A DNA stretch of 57,080 nt, the filler included, from Chlamydiales bacterium (lineage in GTDB: Bacteria > Chlamydiota > Chlamydiia > Chlamydiales > JACRBE01): NCBI GenBank assembly GCA_016213235.1. It is 4 parts of 4 records of this genome, joined end to end, with 100 filler letters (N's around TTAATTAATTAA, not from the genome) between each part and the next. Parts side by side here need not be neighbours in the genome. Positions count along the whole stretch, not along the records: positions 5,968 to 28,652 come from JACRBE010000008.1; 3 more parts are not named here. One strand, given 5' to 3'. Both the position numbers and the translations under genes were made by a program. The notes beneath the pieces are model-generated. The model was given only the letters and a program-made list of their open reading frames with translations. It ran no database searches and had not been told where the DNA came from. Positions 9,280 through 19,000 of this stretch are shown piece after piece (the first letter of the stretch is position 1; every line of letters starts with the position of its first letter).

Positions 9280-10353
9280 ATGTCTCATCCAAATGATCCC
9301 GGAAAAAGAAAAGCTTTAGAGCTTGCCATTTCACATATAGAAAAACAGTTTGGTGACGGATCCATCATGACGCTGGGAAAACACTCAGCGAAAAACAACA
9401 TTCAAGTAATATCAACGGGAGCTATTTCATTGGATATTGCGCTAGGAATTGGTGGCGTTCCAAGAGGACGAATTGTTGAAATTTATGGACCAGAATCTTC
9501 TGGTAAATCAACACTGGCTACTCACATTGTTGCTAATTGTCAAAAAAATGGTGGTGTTGCAGCGTATATTGATGCAGAACACGCATTAGATCCAGGATAT
9601 GCTAAACGAATTGGTGTTAATGTTAACGATCTTATGATTTCTCAACCAGATTGCGGGGAAGATGCATTAAATATTGCTGAAATGCTTGCTAGATCTGGAG
9701 CTGTTGACGTAATAGTAATTGATTCTGTTGCAGCGTTAGTACCAAAAAACGAATTAGAAGGAGAAATTGGAGACTCTCACATTGGATTACAGGCAAGAAT
9801 GATGTCTCAAGCCTTGAGAAAGCTAACAGCCACTTTATCAAAAACAAACACCTGCGCTATTTTTATTAACCAAATTAGAGAAAAAGTAGGCGTGATGTTT
9901 GGAAGTCCAGAAACAACAACGGGCGGTAGGGCTTTAAAATTTTATTCTTCTATACGAATGGACATTAGAAGAACAGAATCAATTAAAGGCGCTGATGGTA
10001 TCGATGTTGGAAACAGAGTAAAGGTAAAAGTTGCCAAGAATAAAATGGCCCCCCCTTTTAGGGTGGCAGAATTTGATATTTTGTTTAATGAAGGCATTTC
10101 TCATGCTGGCTCTATTATTGATGTGGGAATAGAGTATAATATTATTGAAAAAAAAGGAACTTGGCTGAACTACAAAGACAAGAAATTTCAAGGAAAAGAG
10201 TCTACAAGAAAAGAGTTAATGAACAACCCAACGCTAAGTAAAGAGCTAGAAGATTTGATTTTGCAAAAATCAAGGCATATGAAGGCAAAATTTGAAGAAG
10301 CAAACAGCCAAGTAGAAGAGCCTCAAGCGGAGACTAGCGAAGTTACGGCATAG
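9280..10353 (+). CDS. recA: Recombinase RecA
   Basis: GPESSGKST Walker [33 protein letters not shown]. Confidence 0.99.
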   Translation: MSHPNDPGKRKALELAISHIEKQFGDGSIMTLGKHSAKNNIQVISTGAISLDIALGIGGVPRGRIVEIYGPESSGKSTLATHIVANCQKNGGVAAYIDAEHALDPGYAKRIGVNVNDLMISQPDCGEDALNIAEMLARSGAVDVIVIDSVAALVPKNELEGEIGDSHIGLQARMMSQALRKLTATLSKTNTCAIFINQIREKVGVMFGSPETTTGGRALKFYSSIRMDIRRTESIKGADGIDVGNRVKVKVAKNKMAPPFRVAEFDILFNEGISHAGSIIDVGIEYNIIEKKGTWLNYKDKKFQGKESTRKELMNNPTLSKELEDLILQKSRHMKAKFEEANSQVEEPQAETSEVTA

Positions 10354-11216
10354 TGTTTCATCAAGTCTATCATAAGAAAAACCTCTTTGCTGTTGATGTT
10401 TAACTTATACATAATATGGTAAAGGGTCTCTAATTCTTCATAAAAAAGAGAAACGGAGGCCTCTTTTCCTATTAAAGCTGCGATATTTGACGTGTTTGTT
10501 TCTTTATTATCTTGATGAAGATCATTTAAATCGTCTGCGATTTGAAATGCTAAGCCAAAGTGATAGGCAAGGCTATTTATTTCTTCTAATTTCTCAAGAG
10601 TATGTCCGCTAAAAATCCAACCAAAACTAAAAGCCACCTGAAACAGTGTTATTGTTTTTAGTTCGATAATCTTCATTAGATGGTTTTTGGTTTGATCAAT
10701 TGGGAAAAGATCGTAATATTGTCCAAGTGTTGCCCCTTTTAAGCCAGACGCTGTTGCTGCTATTTCTAAAGCTTTAATACAAATTGCATCTGCAGATGCT
10801 GAAAGAGAGGCTCCGCTATTTTTTAATAGCAAATATGCCTCATGAATTTTTTTATAAGCCTCTGATATAAGCGCGTAGCTGGCTAGCAGCGCGGTCGTCT
10901 CGCCAAACCTAATATGCAAAGAAGGTTTATCTCTTCTGAGGCTATCATTATCCATACAAGGGAGATCGTCAGCTATGAGCGATGCTGTATGAAAGTATTC
11001 TACAGCAGTTGCCGCAAGGAAAAGGTGGTCTTGCAAAACATCCGTCAAGGATAAAACAATAATAGGCCTGAATCGCTTTCCACCGTTCATTAAAGAATAT
11101 TCACAAGCATCTCTGATCAAGCTTTTTTCACACAAAGGAGAAATCGTGTGTTTTAAAAAATTTTCAAAAACTTCTTTTTTTTGTAAAAGAGGAGAGAGGT
11201 CTAATGTAGTTGTCAT
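10323..11216 (-). CDS. ispA: Polyprenyl diphosphate synthase (geranyltranstransferase)
   Basis: [27 protein letters not shown] motifs. Confidence 0.93.
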   Translation of the reverse strand: MTTTLDLSPLLQKKEVFENFLKHTISPLCEKSLIRDACEYSLMNGGKRFRPIIVLSLTDVLQDHLFLAATAVEYFHTASLIADDLPCMDNDSLRRDKPSLHIRFGETTALLASYALISEAYKKIHEAYLLLKNSGASLSASADAICIKALEIAATASGLKGATLGQYYDLFPIDQTKNHLMKIIELKTITLFQVAFSFGWIFSGHTLEKLEEINSLAYHFGLAFQIADDLNDLHQDNKETNTSNIAALIGKEASVSLFYEELETLYHIMYKLNINSKEVFLMIDLMKHYAVTSLVSA

Positions 11217-11851
11217 TTAACAAAACCGGTAACAGATAAGCAGGGTCGTAGTTTTGCATTTTTGTAAAAAATTGTACCTGGATTTGAGACGCTATTACAC
11301 CCAATTTTTGTATTATCTGCGACAATAGCTCCAAATTTTTTCAATCCAGTTGATACTTTTTTATTTTGATCAAAAATGTAAATTTCTTTTTCATCGAGTT
11401 TTAAATTTGCTGTGATAAAACCGGCTCCCAAGTTTACGTTGTTTCCAATAACAGAATCCCCAACATAATTAAAATGTGGGGCTTTTGCATGGTTTAGTAA
11501 AAGGCTTCTTACAATCTCAGAGCTGTGTCCAACGATACAGTGATCGCCTAAGATAACACACCCTCGAAGATATGCCCCATGTCTGATTTCACAGTTGTTT
11601 CCTATAATACAAGGGCCCTTAATAAATACAGTTGGTTCGATTACCGTGTTTTGTCCAACCAGAATTTGGCTTTCATTTTCAAAAAAAACACCAGGATACC
11701 GTTTCTTGTCTAGCACTCCATAATTAAAATGGTTTAGAAACGCCCAAAGTTTTTTTAAAACATCCCAAGCATGTTGGCAGTCTTCGAAAATTTTTTTATG
11801 TTCAAAGCTTGTTAAGTCAAAAAAAGTATCTGGAGAGTATTGTTTAGACAT
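11213..11851 (-). CDS. glmU: GlmU-related hexapeptide-repeat (LbH) acetyltransferase, chlamydial short form
   Basis: Hexapeptide repeats, AKAPHFNYVGDSVIG, KKFGAIVAD; 4-bp overlap with ispA as in chlamydial synteny. Confidence 0.75.
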   Translation of the reverse strand: MSKQYSPDTFFDLTSFEHKKIFEDCQHAWDVLKKLWAFLNHFNYGVLDKKRYPGVFFENESQILVGQNTVIEPTVFIKGPCIIGNNCEIRHGAYLRGCVILGDHCIVGHSSEIVRSLLLNHAKAPHFNYVGDSVIGNNVNLGAGFITANLKLDEKEIYIFDQNKKVSTGLKKFGAIVADNTKIGCNSVSNPGTIFYKNAKLRPCLSVTGFVK

Positions 11852-12230
11852 TTTCTTTACGGTCCATTTCTATCAATGTGAGCAACATGTTTAATTCACA
11901 TAGCAAGAGCTACTAAACACGCTTTTGGATTATAGAAACAAGCAGAGTTGTATACAAGAAAAGATAAAAACTTCCACAAACTGAAAGAAGAAAAGATATA
12001 TATTAAATTGTATTCTTCTTCTTCTTGCGCTGTGGAAATGTTTATAAGTAATACGTGAGCAAGAATGGTGGAGTGTTGTTTATAATTCGTTGAAAGAGTG
12101 TTGAAAAAGTCGAGGATTTAAACAAGAAAAAAAACCGACAACAGTTCGAACAAGATTTAAACATGGTTTTGATCAAACCTCCCACACATAAAATAAAAAA
12201 AAATGTTTTAGTGTTCTATCTATTTACAAT
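11852..12230. other. Candidate replication origin (oriC)
   Basis: Gene-free AT-rich interval with several 1-mismatch DnaA boxes (11892, 12031, 12039, 12077, 12099); next to glmU-ispA and near tRNA-Pro. Confidence 0.45.
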
Positions 12231-12346
12231 ACACATAGTGAATTCCGAAAAAATGGAACTCGCTTTTACTCTTTTCTTTCCTGTTTTATCAGGATTTATT
12301 AGACTTTGACAAAGTTTTGAATTTTTTCTAAAAAAGGAATTTGTAA

Positions 12347-12568
12347 ATGGCGGTTGAAAATATAACAAACAACAGATGGTTTTCCGTAGACGAAATAGCG
12401 CAACATCTTGGAGTAAAGCGAGACACCGTCTATAAGTGGATTGAAGAAAAGCAGATGCCAGCGCACAAGGTTGGCAGGCTTTGGAAGTTTCAGAAAATCC
12501 AGGTAGATGTTTGGGTACAATCTGGAAGAGCAGATCAATCAAAACAAGCGCATAAAGATACACTTTAA
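12347..12568 (+). CDS. Excisionase-type HTH protein (HTH_17/MerR-like; resembles MAD1-type defence-island regulators)
   Basis: RWFSVDEIAQHLGVKRDTVYKWI...MPAHKVGRLWKF...VDVWV; AAGGA Shine-Dalgarno. Confidence 0.9.
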   Translation: MAVENITNNRWFSVDEIAQHLGVKRDTVYKWIEEKQMPAHKVGRLWKFQKIQVDVWVQSGRADQSKQAHKDTL

Positions 12569-12586
12569 TACTATCGGATATTTAAG

Positions 12587-14260
12587 ATGAATTTGAAAAC
12601 ACAAGAGTTAATGGAGCTTATTGCTAGGGGAGAAACGTTAAAGGTAGAGTTTAAGAGCGATTTGAAACAATTACCGGATCGCGAACTTGTGGCAACTATA
12701 ATGAGTCTTGCAAATACGGAGGGTGGAGATTTACTGCTTGGTGTAGAAGATAGTGGAGTAGTTACCGGTTTGCATTTTTGTCATAGCAACACGATGGGAA
12801 TGGTAGCTCTGATTGCAAATAAAACTAATCCGCCTGTTTCTGTTAGAGTAGAGATTTATGATGTTGAAGGTAAAAAAATTGCCCGTATTTATGTTCCCAA
12901 ATCAAAACAACTTGTTTCAACATCAGAAGGCTTATTACAACGACGTCGGTTAATGGCAAGTGGAAAACCGGAAGCAATTCCATTTTATCCACATGAGTTT
13001 ATTCAGCGACAATCGGCGTTAGGTTTGATAGATCCTTCTGCAATGCCGGTAACTGAACTTACCGTTAAAGATTTAAATCCACTAGAGCGTCAGCGCATCC
13101 GTGAAGCTGTTCGACTTTATAGAGGAGACGTTTCATTACTGTCTCTTACAGATGAAGAGTTGGATGGTGCTTTGGGCCTTGTTATTAATGTGGATGGCAT
13201 TCGACATCCGACTCTGGCTGGGTTGCTCCTGCTTGGAAGAGAGGAGGTTTTGCGACAATATGTTCCTTCTTATGAAGTTGCTTTTCAGGTGCTTGAAAGA
13301 ACTGAAGTCAGAGTGAATGAATTTTTTCGAAAACCACTGTTGCAGGTGTTTGAAGAAATAGAGCGTTTATTTGCTGCAAGATTAACTGAAAAAGAATGTC
13401 AAATTGGCTTGTTTCGTGTACCAATACCAAGTTTTGATAAAAGAGCTTTTAGAGAAGCTTTTGTAAACGCCTTAGTCCACAGAGATTATGCGCGCCTTGG
13501 TGCTATACATGTTCGAATAGATGATGATGGGCTGTCCATCTCGAATCCTGGAGGTTTTGTAGAAGGAGTAACATTAGATAATTTTCTAGTTACTGAACCC
13601 CATCCTCGTAATCCTCTTTTGGCAGATATAAGCAAGCGCCTTGGTCTCTCAGAGCGTACAGGACGAGGTGTCGATCGCATTTTTGAAGGTTTGTTGCGTT
13701 ATGGACGCCCGGCTCCAGATTATACTCGTTCGAGTACCAGTTCTGTCGTTGTGCGGATGAGCAATGCTGAAAGTGATATAGCGTTCTTAGAAGTGGTCTT
13801 GTACGAAGAAGAGCGCACAAGACGCCCTTTACCACTTGGTAGTTTAATTATTCTTTCGCGGTTGCGCCAGGAGAGACGTTTAACTACTGTTGATCTTGCT
13901 CAGTCTATTCAAAAGTCAGAACAAGAGACGCGGACTACTTTAGAGAGTCTTGTTGAATCAGGACTGGTTGAAGCTCATGGTATAGGAAGGGGGCGTTCTT
14001 ATACATTAAGTGCTAGATTATACCAAAAATCAGGCCAAAAAGTTGGTTTTGTCCGACAAGTGGGATTCGATCCAATACAGCAAGAACAAATGATAAAAAG
14101 CTATATCAAAGAACATAAGACTATTAAACGAGCGGAAGTAGCTGATTTGTGTCGTATTAGTCTTTTTCAAGCTAGTCGACTTTTAAAAAAACTGACAGAA
14201 GGAGAGGTTCTCGTTCCAAAAGGTAGGGGAAAGGGAACATTTTACGAGCGACGCTCGTAA
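12587..14260 (+). CDS. Schlafen/AlbA_2 + HATPase_c_4 + winged-helix protein
   Basis: GETLKVEFKS, LANTEGGDLLLGVED (AlbA_2); REAFVNALVHRDY, SNPGG, PRNPLLA, ERTGRGVDRI (HATPase_c_4); two C-terminal wHTH ending G.GRG.Y. Confidence 0.9.
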   Translation: MNLKTQELMELIARGETLKVEFKSDLKQLPDRELVATIMSLANTEGGDLLLGVEDSGVVTGLHFCHSNTMGMVALIANKTNPPVSVRVEIYDVEGKKIARIYVPKSKQLVSTSEGLLQRRRLMASGKPEAIPFYPHEFIQRQSALGLIDPSAMPVTELTVKDLNPLERQRIREAVRLYRGDVSLLSLTDEELDGALGLVINVDGIRHPTLAGLLLLGREEVLRQYVPSYEVAFQVLERTEVRVNEFFRKPLLQVFEEIERLFAARLTEKECQIGLFRVPIPSFDKRAFREAFVNALVHRDYARLGAIHVRIDDDGLSISNPGGFVEGVTLDNFLVTEPHPRNPLLADISKRLGLSERTGRGVDRIFEGLLRYGRPAPDYTRSSTSSVVVRMSNAESDIAFLEVVLYEEERTRRPLPLGSLIILSRLRQERRLTTVDLAQSIQKSEQETRTTLESLVESGLVEAHGIGRGRSYTLSARLYQKSGQKVGFVRQVGFDPIQQEQMIKSYIKEHKTIKRAEVADLCRISLFQASRLLKKLTEGEVLVPKGRGKGTFYERRS

Positions 14261-14290
14261 AATACGAGCGCGCTCGTAAAATACGAGCGC
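14240..14290. repeat. Tandem palindromic repeat array over the stop codon
   Basis: TTTTACGAGCG-A-CGCTCGTAAAA, TACGAGCGCGCTCGTA, aaa, TACGAGCGC. Confidence 0.9.
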
Positions 14291-14345
14291 AATTAATCTA
14301 ATTGGGCTTTTCGTCAGGTGATTATAAGCTCTTGATAGAAAATAA

Positions 14346-14419
14346 TCTGGGTGAGAGGATTTGAACCTCCGACCTCTAACACCCCATGCTAGCACGCTAC
14401 CAAGCTACGCCACACCCAG
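14346..14419 (-). tRNA. tRNA-Pro(GGG)
   Basis: Reverse complement CTGGGTGTGGCGTAGCTTGGTAGCGTGCTAGCATGGGGTGTTAGAGGTCGGAGGTTCAAATCCTCTCACCCAGA folds as a cloverleaf; anticodon GGG; CCA not encoded. Confidence 0.97.
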
Positions 14420-14501
14420 ATAAAAGAAGCGACAATTTTAGAAGATAGGAAATAGATTGAGAAGAACTTTTTTTATCTGATAGCATAAAAGGTTAAAAGA
14501 T

Positions 14502-15203
14502 ATGGTAGATTTCATGAAATTAGAAAAAAGTTGGCACCAACGTTTAGAAGAAGAAACAAAACAACCCTATATTGTTTCTTTGAAAGAGTTCCTGGAAGCA
14601 GACAAAAAAAACGGAACTATCATTTATCCTAGGGACGAAGACATTTTTAAAGCGTTTTTATACACACCCTATCAAGACGTAAAGGTGGTAATTGTTGGTC
14701 AGGATCCTTACCACGGTCCTAATCAGGCACATGGACTTTGTTTTAGCGTTCCTAAAGAGGAAAAAGTCCCACCTTCGTTAAAAAATATTTATAAAGAATT
14801 AGAATCGGATCTTGGAGTAAAACCTGTTAATCATGGCAACCTGGTTAAATGGGCAAGGCAGGGGGTGTTGCTATTAAATGCCACGCTAACCGTAAGGGCT
14901 GGCTCTCCAAAATCTCATTATGGAAAGGGGTGGGAGCTTTTTACAGATAAAGTAATACGGTTGTTGGCTGATAGAGAAGATCCTGTAATTTTTGTTCTTT
15001 GGGGAGCCTCTGCAAAAGAAAAATGCGAACATGTGTTAACTCCAGAGGATCATAAAAAACATTTTATTTTAACAGCTGCGCATCCATCGCCATTTTCTGC
15101 TCATTTGTTTTTTGGATGCCACCATTTTTCTAAAATTAATCAGAAGTTAAAAGAGTGGGGAAAGTCTCCGATAGATTGGAATTTGAATGAGCAAGAAAAA
15201 TAG
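14502..15203 (+). CDS. ung: Uracil-DNA glycosylase (start may be 14514)
   Basis: GQDPYH, AHGLCFSV, PPSL, VLLLN, HPSP. Confidence 0.97.
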   Translation: MVDFMKLEKSWHQRLEEETKQPYIVSLKEFLEADKKNGTIIYPRDEDIFKAFLYTPYQDVKVVIVGQDPYHGPNQAHGLCFSVPKEEKVPPSLKNIYKELESDLGVKPVNHGNLVKWARQGVLLLNATLTVRAGSPKSHYGKGWELFTDKVIRLLADREDPVIFVLWGASAKEKCEHVLTPEDHKKHFILTAAHPSPFSAHLFFGCHHFSKINQKLKEWGKSPIDWNLNEQEK

Positions 15204-16062
15204 CTTTGTTAGTTTGTCTCAAAAATATAAAACGCAACAATATACTCTTTCTGAAGAAGAAAAAGAAATTTACCTAACTGTGCGCATGCCTGCAACTGCA
15301 GCGGTGATTGAATTTGTTTTGGAAGAATTGTTTAAAAGAGCGCCGGATGAACAAATTCAATCGTTACTTGATTTGGGAGCGGGTCCAGGAACCTCTTTAA
15401 AAGCGCTACAAGCGCTTGGTGTAAGTTTAGAAGATGTTGATCTTGTTGAAAGAGATAATCACTTAATAGAGCTTGGTAAAACGCTTTTTCCACTTTTTTC
15501 CAATAAATATAAACAGCAAGATATTACGCAAAGACTACCATTTTTACCGAAAGACATCGTGCTTTTTAGTTATTCATTTAATGAAATTCCACTTGATAAA
15601 CAAGTGTTTGTAATAGAAGAAGCGTTCAAATTAGCAAAGCAGTTCCTAGTTGTGATTGAACCTGGAACGCCAAAAGGGTATGACAACATTATAAAAATAA
15701 GAGATATTGGACTAAGGCTTGGTGGACGCGTGCTAGCTCCTTGTCCACACGAAAAAAAATGTCCTTTGTTAGCGGGTGATTGGTGTCATTTTTCTGTGAG
15801 GTTAAACAGAACATCTGAACATAGAAAATTAAAACAGGGTAGTCTTTCATATGAAGACGAGAAATTTTCTTATGTTATTTTATCTAAAGAACCATTTGAG
15901 CGATGTAAAGAGAGAGTTTTAAGACATCCCATTCATCGGAAAGGGCTTGTAGAGATGAAGCTTTGTACTGAAAATGGCATTCAAAATAAAATATTTACAA
16001 AGTCAAACAATGAAAATTTTAAAACAATAAAAAAGAAAGAGTGGGGAGGGGAGATTTCTTAG
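15187..16062 (+). CDS. Rsm22-family SAM-dependent methyltransferase
   Basis: LDLGAGPGT, IEPGTPKG, APCPH..CP...WCHFS, EDEKFSY. Confidence 0.88.
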   Translation: MSKKNSFVSLSQKYKTQQYTLSEEEKEIYLTVRMPATAAVIEFVLEELFKRAPDEQIQSLLDLGAGPGTSLKALQALGVSLEDVDLVERDNHLIELGKTLFPLFSNKYKQQDITQRLPFLPKDIVLFSYSFNEIPLDKQVFVIEEAFKLAKQFLVVIEPGTPKGYDNIIKIRDIGLRLGGRVLAPCPHEKKCPLLAGDWCHFSVRLNRTSEHRKLKQGSLSYEDEKFSYVILSKEPFERCKERVLRHPIHRKGLVEMKLCTENGIQNKIFTKSNNENFKTIKKKEWGGEIS

Positions 16063-16063
16063 A

Positions 16064-16957
16064 ATGATACAAGGAATGATTGTTGCTTTGGTAACTCCCT
16101 TCAAAATAAATGGAAAAATTGACTTTGTTTGTTTGAAAAAACTTTGTCAGTTTCATTTGAAAAATCAAACAAATGGACTTGTTGTTTTAGGAACAACAGG
16201 AGAATCGTCCACGTTGTTTCAAAAAGAAAAAGAAAAAATAGTTGATGTTGTTTTAAGTGAAATAAATGGGAAGATACCAGTTATTGTTGGAACAGGAACA
16301 AACAACACAAAAGAATCTGTGGAAAGCTCTTTGAAATATAAAAAAATGGGAGCTAATGCAGGGCTTGCAATTGTTCCTTATTATAATAAACCGACGCCAA
16401 GAGGATGTGTAGAGCATTTTAAAGCAATTGGACAGGTTGGGCTTCCTACTATCATGTATTATCATCCGGGAAGAACAGGAATTAAGCTTGATCTTAAAAT
16501 AATCAAAGAAATTTTGAGGTGCGATGGCATCATTGGCATGAAGGATTGTTCTTGTGATGAAGTTTTATTAGATGGACTACGAGATGAAAATATTTTTTGT
16601 GGTAACGACAAGGATATATTAAAAATGCGCTCTCTTAACGTTAGAAGTTCTATTTCTGTTGTTGGCAATATCTTTCCCTTGATTTGGAAAAAAATCGTTT
16701 GTGAGGGTAATAAAGAGCTTTTTGGCCAAATGAAGGATATGATTGAAGCATTAGAATTAGAAGTAAATCCTCAACCAATAAAATATGCAGCATCATTATT
16801 ACATCTTTGCGATGATACCGTTAGATTGCCGCTAATTCGATGCGAAGAACAAACAAGACAAGCTATTGAAACTGTATTTGTGCATTATTTAAAAGAGGGT
16901 ACACATCTTGAGTTAGAAAAGTTGATACTTGCTTCTCGCAGCGGCCGGTTAATTTAA
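16064..16957 (+). CDS. dapA: 4-hydroxy-tetrahydrodipicolinate synthase
   Basis: ALVTPF, GTTGES, PYYNKP, YYHPGRTG, IGMKD. Confidence 0.93.
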   Translation: MIQGMIVALVTPFKINGKIDFVCLKKLCQFHLKNQTNGLVVLGTTGESSTLFQKEKEKIVDVVLSEINGKIPVIVGTGTNNTKESVESSLKYKKMGANAGLAIVPYYNKPTPRGCVEHFKAIGQVGLPTIMYYHPGRTGIKLDLKIIKEILRCDGIIGMKDCSCDEVLLDGLRDENIFCGNDKDILKMRSLNVRSSISVVGNIFPLIWKKIVCEGNKELFGQMKDMIEALELEVNPQPIKYAASLLHLCDDTVRLPLIRCEEQTRQAIETVFVHYLKEGTHLELEKLILASRSGRLI

Positions 16958-18245
16958 TAGGATCAAAGCAAGAAACTACTTCTTCTTTTGTTAAAGGGAT
17001 TTCATTACTGTTGTAAATAGTGTCTGGTAAATGATTTGGAGTGTTGTGGTAAGCTTTTCGTAAAGACTCATGTAGCGTTTGCCTACAAAATCCTTTTTTT
17101 ACTCCTATCATTAACATGTTTTCTAAAGCGAGCTCAGGTAAGTGTTTTGATAGATTTTCTTGAATAGTTTTGTGATTAATGTGTAATTTTTTTGTAATTG
17201 TTACAGCAATTTCCAAGATAGCATCTGTGGATAAAAAGATTTCAGGAATAAACAACCGTCTATTGGCAGAATCATCGAGTGTACGCTCTAACCATTGTTG
17301 TGATGCATTGTGGGCGGCATTTTGTGCTAAAGAGATCACAAATCTACTAATTGCGCAAAGTCGTTCGGAATAGATGGGATTTTTTTTATGAGGCATTGCA
17401 GAAGAACCAACTTGATCTTTATCAAAGCGCTCTGTTACTTCGTCGAGGTGAGAAAGAAGGCGTAGATCGCTTCCCATTTTATGCAAAGAAGCGGCTAGAG
17501 ATTCTAAGCGATTAGAAATTTCCACATCCCATTTTCTAGGATAAGTTTGTGAAGCGATAGGGATGATTTTTTGAAAGTCAAAAGCTTTTGCAATTTCTTT
17601 TTCCATAGAATCTATTTTTTTTGTATCTTGATCAAATAGTTCCATAAAAGAAGCTTGTGATCCTGTTGCTCCTTTTAACCCAAGAAAGGGAAGGTTCTCA
17701 TAAAGAATTTTCATCTCTTTAAAATCATATACAAGATCTTGAAGCCAAAGAGAGGCTCTTTTCCCAACGGTAGTTGGTTGTGCAGGTTGAAAATGAGTAT
17801 ACCCAACACAAGGGATGTGTTTTGACTCATTGCAAAAATCTGCAAGTGTTTTAATAAGAATAAATAGTTTTTTTTGTAATAAAAACAACCCTTCTTTTAT
17901 TTGAATGAGATCCCCATTGTCTATGACATAAGAAGAGGTGGCTCCTAAATGAATAATACTTTTAGCTTCTTTTGCTACGTCTCCGTAGGCAAGAATATGG
18001 GCCATTACTTCATGGTGGGTTTTTGCTTCATATATAGACGCCTGCTCGAAAGAGATATGATCTTGAAAAGCAATCAAATTATCGATTTGTTTTTGTGTGA
18101 TATTTAGACCTGCATTTTTTTGTGCTTCTGCAAGCGCTACCCACAATTTTCTCCAAAGAAGATATTTGTTTTTATTGGAAAAAACAAATTGCATTTCATC
18201 TGAGCTATAACGGGAAGCTAAAGGGCTCTCATAACCATCAAACAT
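16863..18245 (-). CDS. purB: Adenylosuccinate lyase
   Basis: YESPLASRY, HLGATS, THFQPAQ, GSSAMPHKKNP, ERTLDDSA. Confidence 0.95.
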   Translation of the reverse strand: MFDGYESPLASRYSSDEMQFVFSNKNKYLLWRKLWVALAEAQKNAGLNITQKQIDNLIAFQDHISFEQASIYEAKTHHEVMAHILAYGDVAKEAKSIIHLGATSSYVIDNGDLIQIKEGLFLLQKKLFILIKTLADFCNESKHIPCVGYTHFQPAQPTTVGKRASLWLQDLVYDFKEMKILYENLPFLGLKGATGSQASFMELFDQDTKKIDSMEKEIAKAFDFQKIIPIASQTYPRKWDVEISNRLESLAASLHKMGSDLRLLSHLDEVTERFDKDQVGSSAMPHKKNPIYSERLCAISRFVISLAQNAAHNASQQWLERTLDDSANRRLFIPEIFLSTDAILEIAVTITKKLHINHKTIQENLSKHLPELALENMLMIGVKKGFCRQTLHESLRKAYHNTPNHLPDTIYNSNEIPLTKEEVVSCFDPIKLTGRCEKQVSTFLTQDVYPLLNNAQIQFQ

Positions 18246-18972
18246 GTTTTATTAAATCATTTAAAAGGGTTTTAATAGTTTGCCTTTCTTCTATAGCGGG
18301 GTGAAATTTAGAAGAGTTTATCATAGAAGATATCTTGTGTAGCAGTTTTACAATATTTATAGCTTTATTTGCAGAACGCTTGTCTTCTTCTTTGAGAGGA
18401 AAGGACTCTCTAATTTTTTCTAAAAGAAGTTGTTTTGCTTCTCCTTTATACTCTTTAATGAGAGATTCTTTTTTTTCAATAGGCCCTTCCCTAGAGGCTA
18501 ATGTATAAATGGCTTGTTTTGGCATCAGATCGATTTTTTCTTTTATCTCACTGCTTGCATTATTGTAAAATTCGTAATATTGCAAAAAGTTATATGGGGT
18601 TTGTCTATTACCATATGTGGCAATAAGCCAAGCTGTAAAAGCACCATCCCGATATGGTTTTAACAAATTCTGTGCTTGCTTGATTCTTTCACCATGCAAA
18701 ATGATGGCTTGGTTATTAATAGCTTTGACTTCTGAAGTGATTGCTTTTAGTTGTTTTAAATCGACTTCAATATTTTGAGATTCTGTTTTATACTCATTCA
18801 AAATATTTTCAATCGTGGACTGTTCTTGTGAGGTGAGTGGCGCTACTTTAAATACTCCAGAGAATCCAGAAAGTTCTCCTGATGTAGATTTAAGAGCAAG
18901 TTTGTCCATTTTTTTTGAGGCATCTTCTTGAGAGCGCATGCGTTTAGTAAGTAGAGATCTAAAGTCTGGCAT
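18238..18972 (-). CDS. CT583/pGP6-D family protein (chromosomal homolog of chlamydial plasmid pGP6)
   Basis: EVKAINNQAIILHGERI, AFTAWLIATYGNRQTPYNFLQYYEF, YTLASREG; follows parA. Confidence 0.9.
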   Translation of the reverse strand: MPDFRSLLTKRMRSQEDASKKMDKLALKSTSGELSGFSGVFKVAPLTSQEQSTIENILNEYKTESQNIEVDLKQLKAITSEVKAINNQAIILHGERIKQAQNLLKPYRDGAFTAWLIATYGNRQTPYNFLQYYEFYNNASSEIKEKIDLMPKQAIYTLASREGPIEKKESLIKEYKGEAKQLLLEKIRESFPLKEEDKRSANKAINIVKLLHKISSMINSSKFHPAIEERQTIKTLLNDLIKHV

Positions 18973-19000
18973 AAATTTATTCCTCAGATGTAAAGCCGTT

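Noticed and set aside
12112..12123. GAGGATTTAAAC as a possible att copy of the tRNA-Pro T-arm (GAGGATTTGAAC, 14355-14366)
   Set aside because: 11/12 match in the right orientation, but the adjacent acceptor-stem sequence is not repeated; too short to call an att site
14240..14290. Possible mini CRISPR array
   Set aside because: Units about 19-20 bp with no unique spacers and no cas genes
14183..14395. 70-aa minus-strand ORF
   Set aside because: Shadow frame across the tRNA and the repeat array
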